A DNA stretch of 64,000 nt, from the NCBI GenBank assembly GCA_943372255.1, contig CALRXZ020000001.1, positions 9,191-73,190 of the forward strand, in the 5' to 3' direction. This DNA is from Chitinophaga pinensis (GTDB lineage: Bacteria; Bacteroidota; Bacteroidia; Chitinophagales; Chitinophagaceae). Below the pieces are notes generated by a model. That model was given only the letters and a program-made list of their open reading frames with translations, was not told where the DNA came from and did no database searches. Position numbers and translations under genes: made by a program. Below, in pieces: positions 9,767 to 19,277 of the stretch; within the stretch, counting starts at the first letter, position 1; the number at the start of each line of letters is the position of its first letter.

Positions 9767-12562
9767 ACCCTCTCCACCCTTCTTCCCAAACTTTCTAGGA
9801 TAATAGGCAAAAGTGAGCATAAAATACTGCTGCAGACCATTGGTGATATTGGTAGATGTACCGTAAGAATTGACAGAGTTGGTAATGTTTTGGTATTGTT
9901 TTAAAATATCCATAGCAGCCAATTTTAGTTCTCCTTGCTGCTTCATGAATCTATAAGTGGCAAATGCATTCCAAAGTACCGTAGGTTTGGCTAGACTTGA
10001 GTTGTTTATATGGTCAAGGGTAGTGCCAATACTAAAATCTTTTGGATAGTTGAGGTTGATGCTAATATTGGTGGTATTGCTACTATTGGTAAAATTGTTG
10101 AGTTGGCTAACCGTTTGACTTACTTGATTAAACTCCAGTCTTTCTGCAATACTGGCTACCAACATAGTTGCTAAAGAAAACTGCAAAGTAATTTGATTAG
10201 ACAACCTTGAGCTTTTACTAATGTTATAGATACCATCAATATAATTGGGTTGATTGCCCAAATTATAGAATCCATTATACATGAGTTGCAAGGTGTTTTT
10301 CTTCATCCGTTTTGAAACATTCACATTGTAATTCAGATTCAAGTTTTTGCTTTGGTCTGCATTAATAAAATAAGTAATCCTTTTTCCGGATAGGGCATTG
10401 ATCACACTGTCTGTAACTGGGTTTTGTGAAAAGTTATAGTTAGCGCCAAAAAAAGCATTGATGCCATAGGGCGATTTCTGGTTCTGTGTATTATAGTTCC
10501 CATTCAAGTTAAGGTTATGGATCACGGTATTTTTAAGGTTGGGATTACCTACGGTGATATTGTAAGCATTGATATCATCTACAATAGTGAATAAAGCATC
10601 TATTGAAGGATATTCAAAATTCTTATTGTAATTCATGGAAAGATTATAATTATTTTTCTGGCTATTGAAACTATTATAGTTGATACTAGCTTCATACCTG
10701 AAAAATTGCATTTGCCTGTTTAGGTTACGCCAGGCTATAGAGGATTGATTATTTTCCCATCTAAAGTCTTCCATGATTTTTGCTTGAATATTCAAATTTT
10801 TATAAACAGATAATCTATTGTTGTTAAAGGATTTTGCTAATGACAAACCAGGTATATAACCCATTGTCTTTCTGTTATTATCATTGGTGAGGTTATTATT
10901 GGTAATAAAGTTTTTGGAGGCACTGTCATAATCACTCACCCTTGAGTTACTATTGGATTGATTAATATTAAAAGATTGGTCAAATCTTAGGTCAATTCCT
11001 CCCAAATTGTATCTCCCAAACAAAAGTCTGCGCAATCCTCTATAAACTAGATTAGCCCTAATTCCAAAATTGCTGTTGTCATTTAGGTAAAGACGGTTAT
11101 AAGAAGTATCCTTATTATTTACTGTAAAAGACTTAAAAACGCTGACTACATTTCTTTCTGAATTGGACTGTGAATTTTGAAGGTTAGCATTAAAACTGAA
11201 GTTAGTCAATGGCTGATCATTGTCAGATTTTGAATAACTCAGATTCAAATTTTGATTATTGGATTGACTAGTTTGTTTGCTTATAACATCATTGGTGCTT
11301 TGAATGGCCCCTTTGGCATCAGCGGTTTCAGTAAGGGTGGTAGAAACAGCTTTTCTATCATTGATACTGGCAGAACCACCTACGTTGAAATTATCATTGT
11401 AGGAATTATTTTTTACATAATTGAATCCAATATTATGATTGTTGCTGTTACTGGCTTGCTGCCCCTCTTCTTTGATCAATTGTTCCGCTCCTGCAACTAT
11501 TCTGTTTTGGATGCGCAGGTTGGTTACCCAACTATCGCCACCACTAAAAGTATAATTGGCAGTGAGACGGTTGTTTTGTCTACTATTGTTTTCATCTTTA
11601 AAATTTTGTGTAAGTGAAAATCCTACTGAATGATTCTTATTTATGCCACTTACCCCAAACCTACCCGTTCTAAACAGGTTGGGATTGTTGGTTCTATAAG
11701 TATTGTTTTGCATCATCTCATCTAGGTTAGCAATATTTTTATTGATATTATTGTATCCACCACCAACACTTAGGCTGAATTTTTTATCATAAGTCTGCAA
11801 AGCAAGGTCAGATTCAAAACGGTCATCCGTTCCCAATCCTGCGCCACCTTTTCCAAAATAGCCTTTCTTGGCAGTCTCCTTTAATTTGATATTCATGGAC
11901 AAGATGGAATCAGTTTGCTGTCTTCCTTGATTTCCAATATTCTCCCTGTCAAATTCTTGGTATAATTGAATTTTATCAATGGCAGATTTAGAAAGGTTTT
12001 GTGTAGCAATTCTAGGATCTGTTGATCCGGCAAAGGGTTTACCGTCTACAAAAACGTTTTGCACTTTTCTACCCGATACTGTGATACTACCATCGGCCCA
12101 AACCGTCATGCCGGGCACTTGGTTTAATAATTCTTCTACAACTTGGTGGTCTTTTAATTTGAATGCAGCAGGGTTAATCTCTAAGGTATCGCCATTCATG
12201 CGCACAGGAATCACACTTTTGACCACAACAGAGCTGCTGTCTTTGGCATTATAAGATAGATAGATATTCAAGCTGTCTTTTCCAGTTACCAGATATGGAG
12301 CATTATAAGTATTGTATCCTACATAACTAATATTGAGTAATAGTTTGGTTTTGAGAGGAAGTTTTTCAAATGAAACCGTTCCATTCTTATCAGATAATTG
12401 ATAGGTGAGTAAACTTGAATCGGGCCTAAACAGACTTACCGTAGCCATTTCAAGCACGGTTTTACTGGTAGAATCATAGACCACCAGTTTTAGTTTTCCT
12501 GTCTGGCCAAAAGCCATCTCAACAGAACCCAGTATAATCAAGAACAGGATAATTTTTTTCAT
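9755..12562 (-). CDS. Outer-membrane beta-barrel protein with N-terminal CarboxypepD_reg domain (TonB-dependent-receptor-like), Asn/Ser-rich
   Basis: The likely start is MKKIILFLIILG at 12562 (signal peptide), 1 nt after the stop of the upstream gene. There is a plug-like segment (VFVDGKPFAGSTDPRIATQNL), long N/S-rich barrel repeats and a C-terminal FMLTFAYYPRKF. Confidence 0.7.
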   Translation of the reverse strand: MKKIILFLIILGSVEMAFGQTGKLKLVVYDSTSKTVLEMATVSLFRPDSSLLTYQLSDKNGTVSFEKLPLKTKLLLNISYVGYNTYNAPYLVTGKDSLNIYLSYNAKDSSSVVVKSVIPVRMNGDTLEINPAAFKLKDHQVVEELLNQVPGMTVWADGSITVSGRKVQNVFVDGKPFAGSTDPRIATQNLSKSAIDKIQLYQEFDRENIGNQGRQQTDSILSMNIKLKETAKKGYFGKGGAGLGTDDRFESDLALQTYDKKFSLSVGGGYNNINKNIANLDEMMQNNTYRTNNPNLFRTGRFGVSGINKNHSVGFSLTQNFKDENNSRQNNRLTANYTFSGGDSWVTNLRIQNRIVAGAEQLIKEEGQQASNSNNHNIGFNYVKNNSYNDNFNVGGSASINDRKAVSTTLTETADAKGAIQSTNDVISKQTSQSNNQNLNLSYSKSDNDQPLTNFSFNANLQNSQSNSERNVVSVFKSFTVNNKDTSYNRLYLNDNSNFGIRANLVYRGLRRLLFGRYNLGGIDLRFDQSFNINQSNSNSRVSDYDSASKNFITNNNLTNDNNRKTMGYIPGLSLAKSFNNNRLSVYKNLNIQAKIMEDFRWENNQSSIAWRNLNRQMQFFRYEASINYNSFNSQKNNYNLSMNYNKNFEYPSIDALFTIVDDINAYNITVGNPNLKNTVIHNLNLNGNYNTQNQKSPYGINAFFGANYNFSQNPVTDSVINALSGKRITYFINADQSKNLNLNYNVNVSKRMKKNTLQLMYNGFYNLGNQPNYIDGIYNISKSSRLSNQITLQFSLATMLVASIAERLEFNQVSQTVSQLNNFTNSSNTTNISINLNYPKDFSIGTTLDHINNSSLAKPTVLWNAFATYRFMKQQGELKLAAMDILKQYQNITNSVNSYGTSTNITNGLQQYFMLTFAYYPRKFGKKGGEGLRD

Positions 12563-12563
12563 G

Positions 12564-13844
12564 TTAATCTTTGAGCTTGAATGCAACTACTAGCAAACCA
12601 TTTTTGTCTGATAGTTTATTTACATCTGCCGCCAATTCTTTAGGAACTTCCACTTCTGGATGTTGTTTTAAAAAGGAACCAATCAGATCTGCTTTTAATA
12701 ACTTATAAAACCGTTGACCAGATCTTACAATATTATATGGAGTTAATAAAGACAGATTGTATTGCATGGCGTCTCCCTTAATTTTGTTGGCATTATAAGC
12801 AGTATGCGTTTGCTTGTCATACACAAATACTTCATAGTGTGAAAAAAAACTGATGGTTAAATAAATCAGTTTAGGCGTTTCATAGAAATCTCGAATTTGA
12901 TGAAATAACCAACCATTGTTTCTTTTAAAATTTTCTCTATCTGCCTTGCTGTCTGGCCTATCAGTGAAAAAATTAGGCGGAAGACTATTCTCAAGCGGCA
13001 TCACCAATTGGTACACAGGGATTAAAACACCTTTTAGGGATTGATAAATGGTATCACAGAAGGGCCTTAACAAATAAGAAAGATCTGGCTTCTCAGTAGG
13101 TGCAATACCGGAAGATTCTTCACTAAATAAAAACTTGGGTTCGTTGACACGATTATAGGGAAAATAGTTTTTGACCAATTGCTCCTTATCATAAACGCTT
13201 AATTCATATCCTACGCTGTCTTTGTATAAGGGACTGGTATTAATTTTTGTTTGAACATACTGGTCAGCATAAAAAGAATAAGCACCAATCAGGTCATATT
13301 TGGTAGGCTTTGCTTTTTTAATTGCAAAACTGGTATCCTGTAAACTGATAACATATTTTTTGAAATACTTGAGGTTATGTTCATTGCTCCAATCTAATTG
13401 AATCTTTACTCTGTCTTTAGATGTAAGTGTATAATTACTGTTATTGCCAAAGAAGATAATCTCATTGGTTTTTGAATTGTAATTAGGATATAGGTTTTTG
13501 ACCTGAGACTTGTAATTGATTTGTTTTAAAAAAGCGCCAGTCTTGGAATAGATGTATAAATAACCTGCCGCATTATCGGTGATCAAAAAGTATTTTTCCG
13601 TTAATCTAACGTTGGCGTATTCATTAAAATCAATCCCTTCAACAGATGCCAATGGCAGAAACTGAATACTGTCTACATAACTGCTTTGTTTTTGAATGGT
13701 GGGATTTTTGGGGTTTAGATAGATTTTTTCAATCGGCTGAGCTTGAATCAGATTTACCCAAAAACAACAACCCATTAAAAGAGCTAAACAGCTTTTTTTT
13801 AAAAAGCAAGAGGATAAAAAACTAGGAAGAATACTATTGGACAA
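12564..13844 (-). CDS. Hypothetical exported protein (possible beta-propeller), partner of the downstream OM barrel
   Basis: 426-aa ORF with a TTG start and a signal-like N-terminus (CLALLMGCCFWVNLIQAQ). Its stop lies 1 nt from the next start. No diagnostic motif recognised. Confidence 0.45.
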   Translation of the reverse strand: MSNSILPSFLSSCFLKKSCLALLMGCCFWVNLIQAQPIEKIYLNPKNPTIQKQSSYVDSIQFLPLASVEGIDFNEYANVRLTEKYFLITDNAAGYLYIYSKTGAFLKQINYKSQVKNLYPNYNSKTNEIIFFGNNSNYTLTSKDRVKIQLDWSNEHNLKYFKKYVISLQDTSFAIKKAKPTKYDLIGAYSFYADQYVQTKINTSPLYKDSVGYELSVYDKEQLVKNYFPYNRVNEPKFLFSEESSGIAPTEKPDLSYLLRPFCDTIYQSLKGVLIPVYQLVMPLENSLPPNFFTDRPDSKADRENFKRNNGWLFHQIRDFYETPKLIYLTISFFSHYEVFVYDKQTHTAYNANKIKGDAMQYNLSLLTPYNIVRSGQRFYKLLKADLIGSFLKQHPEVEVPKELAADVNKLSDKNGLLVVAFKLKD

Positions 13845-13848
13845 AGGA

Positions 13849-13881
13849 TTTAGTTAGTTGGTTATTTCTAAACTAACTAAA
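13849..13881. repeat. Perfect 11-bp inverted repeat just upstream of the 13844 start
   Basis: tttagttagtt (13849-13859), 11-nt spacer, aactaactaaa (13871-13881). AT-rich and not followed by a clear T-run. Confidence 0.3.
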
Positions 13882-13966
13882 AATAGGTACATATACTTAT
13901 TTTGAATGATATTTTATATTAAAGGAAGAATAGGTATTTTAAAAGCGTGAAATCTTATAAAACCTG

Positions 13967-14215
13967 CTATTTTTTGTTGGTTTCTATCAAATCCACTGCT
14001 TCCATAAATTTGATACACTTCTCAGAAACCCTTCCCAAGTCATGGTCTGTAATGGACACTTTAACAAGTGCATACTCAACCAAGAGGCTTGGATGGTGAT
14101 TTTGTCTGTCTGCTATTTGCATGACTTCATTAACAAATGCCATCACCGCTTTGTAATCACTAAAGTGAAATGTTTTTACTTGTTCGTTGTTTTCTAGTAG
14201 CCAGTTATTGTGCAT
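13967..14215 (-). CDS. 4a-hydroxytetrahydrobiopterin dehydratase (pterin-4-alpha-carbinolamine dehydratase, PCD/DCoH)
   Basis: 82 aa. The motif FVNEVMQIADRQNHHPSLLVEYALVKVSITDHD matches the PCD signature (HHP...). Confidence 0.85.
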   Translation of the reverse strand: MHNNWLLENNEQVKTFHFSDYKAVMAFVNEVMQIADRQNHHPSLLVEYALVKVSITDHDLGRVSEKCIKFMEAVDLIETNKK

Positions 14216-14226
14216 TCTAATTTTGG

Positions 14227-14955
14227 TTAATTGTTATTATCTGAAAAAGTCTCTCTTTTCCAATTTACGCTAACAGATGAGCCCTCCGCTAAAAAAATGC
14301 TATCAGGTTGCTGATTGTTCAATTTAGCAAAAGAGCTTCCATACATTTCTCCAAAATCACAATCAACTGCTGTAGTTAATAATTGGTTCGTCAGCCATTT
14401 TGGATGATTAATTCTATAAGACTGGGTTGTATGTTGGTCAATTTTTGTAAAACCAAAATAGCGCTCAAAAATAAATTCTTCCATACTGCCAGAGGTTATT
14501 TGCTTTTGGCGTGCATTGGCTGAAACCTTTATTGAATTCCATTTTTGATTCATTTTCCAGGAGTAACTGATTTTTTTTGGATTACTTAGTTCTATAGAAT
14601 GTTTGGTAGGTATAGAAATATAATGCTCCTTATACAGTTTATTAGCAATAATGGCCACAATTTTAAAGGGAACTGTTTCATTGATAAAAACAACCCCTTT
14701 TTGTATTTTTCTTCCTAAGGTTCTTTTTACATAAAACCTAAGATTTACTTCCTCAAATGATCCAAATAAGGGAATAGGAATGCCAAATAAGCTTGTTTTT
14801 TTGAACAGGAATCCAACAAGACTTACATATGCTTTTTGATTATAATAGTCTAGTTCAACGCCCTTAGGCAGAAGCGGAATTAAAACAGCAGGGTCAACTG
14901 AGTAATTAGCCATGATTAAATTTTCCCAATTGGCTTTTAAAAAAGTATCTGCCAT
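14227..14955 (-). CDS. DUF2071 (YqjF-like) family protein
   Basis: The N-terminus FLKANWENLIMANYSVDPAVLIPLLPKGVELD is the characteristic DUF2071 opening, and the length (242 aa) is typical. Confidence 0.65.
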   Translation of the reverse strand: MADTFLKANWENLIMANYSVDPAVLIPLLPKGVELDYYNQKAYVSLVGFLFKKTSLFGIPIPLFGSFEEVNLRFYVKRTLGRKIQKGVVFINETVPFKIVAIIANKLYKEHYISIPTKHSIELSNPKKISYSWKMNQKWNSIKVSANARQKQITSGSMEEFIFERYFGFTKIDQHTTQSYRINHPKWLTNQLLTTAVDCDFGEMYGSSFAKLNNQQPDSIFLAEGSSVSVNWKRETFSDNNN

Positions 14956-15089
14956 AAATATCAGTTCAGCTGTTAAAACAATCTCTCAGCGTATCAAAAA
15001 GAACAACAATGCATCAGTTCAATTGTTTTAGATTTTGGCCAGTACCTGCAAATTTAAAAAACTTGTAGTTGAATTATAGAAACCCTCTT

Positions 15090-15821
15090 TTAATTCAGTT
15101 CTCCCAACCAAGCTGATAATTCCTTTTTAATAGCCTGCCCAATAATTTTTTGTTTGGCAGGGTCTGTTAATAAAGCCCTACTCATGGCATTGTCTCCAAT
15201 TTCTAACAATACTCTATAAGGCGCTTTGTTTACGTGTTCATCCAAACTATAAAAACTTAATTTGCCAGTTGCAGCACATTTGTAATCATTTCTTCCAGTG
15301 GTACTATCTAATAATACGCCCCTGTTCTCCAAATCAGTTGCAGCAGCAATAGCTTTGATTAATCTAGCAGCCAACACGCGATTAGCAGCTTCATAACTGT
15401 CTCCATAATGTATATAACCCCAAACAGCATTTCTTTTAGTGCCCCCATTGTTGTGAACAGCAATCAATACTTGTGGCTGCAGTTTATTAGCAGCTTCTAT
15501 CTCAAAAGCATAACCCGATATTTTGCCATCTACAACAGCCGATGTTTCTGCAATAGAAGTATTGCTACCCACATTGGCATGATGTACACCGGTCTCTCCA
15601 AAACTCCACACTTTGTATTCCTTTAAATGAGGTTTAGTTTCCATAGCCGCTTCAACAATGGCATTACAAGTGGCAGCTTCGCTAAAATCAACACCCGTAT
15701 TTGTCTGGTGCGATGGCTGCCATACAATCACTGGTTTCTTTTTCTCATCAGCGTTATTGGATTGATAAGACTGATTCAAACAGAAAATAAATAAGAGTAT
15801 TACTAGTTGTGTGCTTTTCAT
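15090..15821 (-). CDS. Secreted Amidase_3-like hydrolase (putative N-acetylmuramoyl-L-alanine amidase fold)
   Basis: Signal peptide. The pattern VIVWQPSHQTNTG ... LIAVHNNGG ... VLLEIGDN ... IGQAIKKEL resembles the Zn-amidase (Amidase_3) scaffold. Weak, by eye only. Confidence 0.35.
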   Translation of the reverse strand: MKSTQLVILLFIFCLNQSYQSNNADEKKKPVIVWQPSHQTNTGVDFSEAATCNAIVEAAMETKPHLKEYKVWSFGETGVHHANVGSNTSIAETSAVVDGKISGYAFEIEAANKLQPQVLIAVHNNGGTKRNAVWGYIHYGDSYEAANRVLAARLIKAIAAATDLENRGVLLDSTTGRNDYKCAATGKLSFYSLDEHVNKAPYRVLLEIGDNAMSRALLTDPAKQKIIGQAIKKELSAWLGELN

Positions 15822-15829
15822 GTAACAGA

Positions 15830-17788
15830 TTATTGATAATTCAAACCTGCACCAAATGGATACAAGGGGTTTTTGGTATCATAAGGTAGGTCTTCTTTTT
15901 GCTTTAAAATTTCTTCCATAGACGATGCCAATTCAAAAGGAAGTTTGCCAACAGGTTTAAACTTGCCTAGTATCAAATCAAGGATCACATTGTCTTGACT
16001 AGAAAAATCCGCAATTAATCCCTTGCTATATTTGTTGATATTGGGGATTACTGCGGGTCTTTGTAAATTAATTACCGTAATGGTTGGCTTTGACTGTATG
16101 ATTTTCAACAATTTTGCTTCTTCTTTTTCAGAGAACGCTAGAGATCCTAGGTTGAATAATTTTTGTAACAAATACTTTTCCTTACCTGCATTATTGGGAG
16201 TGTTTATTTTAAGCACCACAACATCGGCTTCTTCTATATTTTTCACCAGATTGGGATATCCCTTTGTTTCATTCTGATTAAATCCCTGTAAGAAGATCTT
16301 GGTGTTTCCTTTTAAGGGTAAAATATTGGATTCATTTTTTAGTAAAACCAATGATTTTTGCTGTGCTTCAATTCCTTTGGCAGCAAATTCTTTGTTGTTG
16401 ATAATCTTTACGCCTGTTGGATCCAAATAGGGATGTTCAAATAAACCCAAACGGAATTTTTCTTTTAAAATCCTCCTTACAGAACTATCAATTCTTTTTT
16501 CAGTAATCTTTCCTTCTTTAACCAACTCAACAACAATATTTGGAAGCGCTTCTCCTCCAAACATATCGCAGCCTGCGTTAATAATTTTCTCCACTCTTTG
16601 CTTGGCATTTAAATTTTCAACGCCATGTGCAGATGCAGGTTTTAAGGTATATCCAAATACAACCCCATCACTAACTAGCCCCCAATCAGTGCAAACAATT
16701 CCATCATAGTGGTATTGGTTTCTTAGTAAGCCAGTGATAATATCTTTATTATAACTAAAGCCTACATTCTCGCTTGTTTGATTCATGGGTAAACCATAGT
16801 AAGGCATGATTTGTGTAACACCTGCAGCAAATGCACCTTTCTCAAAAGGAATCAAATGGTATTTAAAATTATTACCTGGGTATACTTGATGACCGGGTGG
16901 AAAATGCGCGTCTCTTCCACCTTCCTGAGGTCCGCCACCAGAAAAATGCTTGACCATACACTCCACACTATTTTCATTAATACTATCTCCCTGAAAACCC
17001 AAGATATAGGCCTTGGTCATGAGCGCAGCTAGTTCTGCGTCTTCTCCAAATGTGCCATTGATTCTTCCCCATCTAGGTTCTGTAGCCAAATCTGCCATCG
17101 GAGATAAGGTAAGTCTAAACCCAAGCGCTTTGTATTCCTGTCTGGCAATATCGCCAAAGGCTCTAACCAAATTACTATCTCTTGTTGCAGCAAGTCCAAG
17201 TGTAGAAGGCCAGCTAGAGAAGAAAGGACTATAAATACTTGCTCCTGGTGCATTTGGAACACCATGTCTAGGATCTGTGGCAAGGGTTAAAGGAATCCCC
17301 AGTCTGGTTCTCTCCGCTAATTTTTGAATATTATTATGCCAAATCACCATGGCCTCCGGCGATGTAGATTGCAAAGTATTCAAATGATTCATATGCTTGC
17401 CCAAAACCATGGCTGAGTTGCCTTCAACTACATAAGAAATAGGATTGAAAATGGATTGGGTTTCACTTAAAGAACCATCACTATTCATGGCGGCCATGGT
17501 AATAAACATGGCACCTGCTTTTTCTTCCAAACTCATTTGACCAAGCAGGTTGGTAATCCTGTCTTCAATATTTGCGCGAGCATCCTCGTAAACATCTAGC
17601 TGCCCGTTTTTATTTAAATCCCTAAAATCCTTTCCGTCTATTTTCAGAATTGGCGCTTCTTTACCCAAGCGTTTTGCAGCATCCTGATAAATAAGATAAC
17701 TTTTGATGTATACACCAGTTAAAAAAATGGCAATAAGTACAATAATACTCAATAGGGTATAACCCAAAATCTTGAAGACCTTTTTCAT
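15830..17788 (-). CDS. Glycoside hydrolase family 3 (BglX-type beta-glucosidase/exo-glycosidase), N-terminally membrane anchored
   Basis: 652 aa with an N-terminal TM segment. Motifs are KHFSGGGPQEGGRDAH and a nucleophile context VCTDWG. Confidence 0.9.
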   Translation of the reverse strand: MKKVFKILGYTLLSIIVLIAIFLTGVYIKSYLIYQDAAKRLGKEAPILKIDGKDFRDLNKNGQLDVYEDARANIEDRITNLLGQMSLEEKAGAMFITMAAMNSDGSLSETQSIFNPISYVVEGNSAMVLGKHMNHLNTLQSTSPEAMVIWHNNIQKLAERTRLGIPLTLATDPRHGVPNAPGASIYSPFFSSWPSTLGLAATRDSNLVRAFGDIARQEYKALGFRLTLSPMADLATEPRWGRINGTFGEDAELAALMTKAYILGFQGDSINENSVECMVKHFSGGGPQEGGRDAHFPPGHQVYPGNNFKYHLIPFEKGAFAAGVTQIMPYYGLPMNQTSENVGFSYNKDIITGLLRNQYHYDGIVCTDWGLVSDGVVFGYTLKPASAHGVENLNAKQRVEKIINAGCDMFGGEALPNIVVELVKEGKITEKRIDSSVRRILKEKFRLGLFEHPYLDPTGVKIINNKEFAAKGIEAQQKSLVLLKNESNILPLKGNTKIFLQGFNQNETKGYPNLVKNIEEADVVVLKINTPNNAGKEKYLLQKLFNLGSLAFSEKEEAKLLKIIQSKPTITVINLQRPAVIPNINKYSKGLIADFSSQDNVILDLILGKFKPVGKLPFELASSMEEILKQKEDLPYDTKNPLYPFGAGLNYQ

Positions 17789-17867
17789 GGCGGCAATTAT
17801 TCAATTTTACAAAGAAAGTTCAATGAAATCCTTGTAAAATGTAGAACAATTTTTTAAAATAGCCTCA

Positions 17868-18245
17868 CTAATTTGCCCAATAATCAAATACGGTTACTGC
17901 CGTTGGCGATGGTTTCAGAGCTGCCACAAATGCCTTATGATCAGGATGAATTAAATAGGCGTCCCTGTCTGCTTCACTGTAAAAACTAAGCGTAAAGCAA
18001 TGGGTTAATCCCTTGTTCAAATTTTCAGGGCTATTATTAGTGCCCCATTCAAAGGCTTTGATTAATTTAATCTTTGCTGGTAATGCTCTAAAAGCATTAA
18101 CTACTTTATTTACATCATTGCTATCTACTCCCTTGTCCCATCCAAACATGACCACATGTCTCAATACCTTTTTTTCCATTTTTTGCGCATTTATAAAGTT
18201 GCTGCTAAGCAGGAGGATCATGGAGAAGAAAAATGCTTTTTTCAT
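17868..18245 (-). CDS. Dabb (stress-responsive alpha/beta-barrel) family protein, secreted
   Basis: Signal peptide. VLRHVVMFGW...AFEWGTNNSPENLNKGLTHCFTLSFYSEADRDAYLIHPDHKAFV is the Dabb signature. Confidence 0.8.
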   Translation of the reverse strand: MKKAFFFSMILLLSSNFINAQKMEKKVLRHVVMFGWDKGVDSNDVNKVVNAFRALPAKIKLIKAFEWGTNNSPENLNKGLTHCFTLSFYSEADRDAYLIHPDHKAFVAALKPSPTAVTVFDYWAN

Positions 18246-18505
18246 AACGACAGTTGAATGATAACAGAATTTTTTAGAAAATGTATTCCAAAATTCTCAA
18301 ATAGTCAAACTAAATGTTTCAGAGAATATTCAAGATGGAACTAAAAGTAGCTTTCAAGATGTTTTAATCCTTTGGGATTCCCTTTTAAGTCAAAAAATAA
18401 TTTTACTATATTCAAGATTTCTGATATATTTAATATACCCCCCATTTTAATAGCTCAGCAAGATTCTTTGTTGAACCAACTTGTTAATATTTTATTCTAC
18501 AAGCA

Positions 18506-19276
18506 ATGATTAAAAGAAGCATTCTTTTAGGGGTATTTGTTGCAATGAATTTTGTGGGTAAAGCTCAAAATGCCAATCCATTATTTGGAAGGATTGAATA
18601 CAAATCAACATTAAGACAAGGGTTATATATTGAGAGTGGGTCAGATGTCTCAAAGAATATGATTGTATATTTTTCTGATACAAGTTCTTCCTTTCATATT
18701 GATCAATCAAACGATTTTACTAAAGAAGATTTAAAGAAAAAATTGAATTTAAAAGATGATCAGTTATTTGAAGATGTCTATCTAAAATTGCAACCTCAAA
18801 TAGCAAAAAGGTCAAAACCTAATACTTATCATCATAAAATCGGGTCCAATGTTTTTGTTAATTCTTGGTTAGATCCACGCGAAATTACTTATTGCGTTGC
18901 AGATAGTATTAAAGAATACGATTGGACTCTTTTGCCAGATACAACTAGAATCTTGGGTTTTTTGTGTTACAAAGCGTCATGTAAAGCCGCCATAATGGAT
19001 GGTGCAGTTAGAAATTATACGGTTTGGTATACTCCCGAAATTCCAATTCCTGTAGGACCAAATAAATTCTACGGTTTGCCTGGGTTGATTTTAGGGGTAG
19101 AAGAGAAGTATTATAGTTTAATGGCAAAGTCAATCAATTTAAATGCCAACAGAGCAGAAACAGGTTTTTTAAAATGCTGTTCGGAAGGGAAAATAATCTC
19201 AACCAAACAATATAAAGCGCTTCTTGGAAAACAATCTGATGATTTTTCTAATATGCAATTTTTGAATAAAAATTAG
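18506..19276 (+). CDS. GLPGLI family protein
   Basis: The eponymous motif is present (FYGLPGLILGVEE). It has a signal peptide and is about 250 aa. Confidence 0.85.
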   Translation: MIKRSILLGVFVAMNFVGKAQNANPLFGRIEYKSTLRQGLYIESGSDVSKNMIVYFSDTSSSFHIDQSNDFTKEDLKKKLNLKDDQLFEDVYLKLQPQIAKRSKPNTYHHKIGSNVFVNSWLDPREITYCVADSIKEYDWTLLPDTTRILGFLCYKASCKAAIMDGAVRNYTVWYTPEIPIPVGPNKFYGLPGLILGVEEKYYSLMAKSINLNANRAETGFLKCCSEGKIISTKQYKALLGKQSDDFSNMQFLNKN

Positions 19277-19277
19277 G

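Noticed and set aside
11252-12254. Plus-strand ORFs 11252..11617 and 11979..12254 opposite the Asn-rich OM barrel gene.
   Set aside because: They are antisense to a 935-aa gene that has a signal peptide and a barrel terminus. Their translations are low-complexity mirror images (Ile/Gly/Phe-rich) with no start context.
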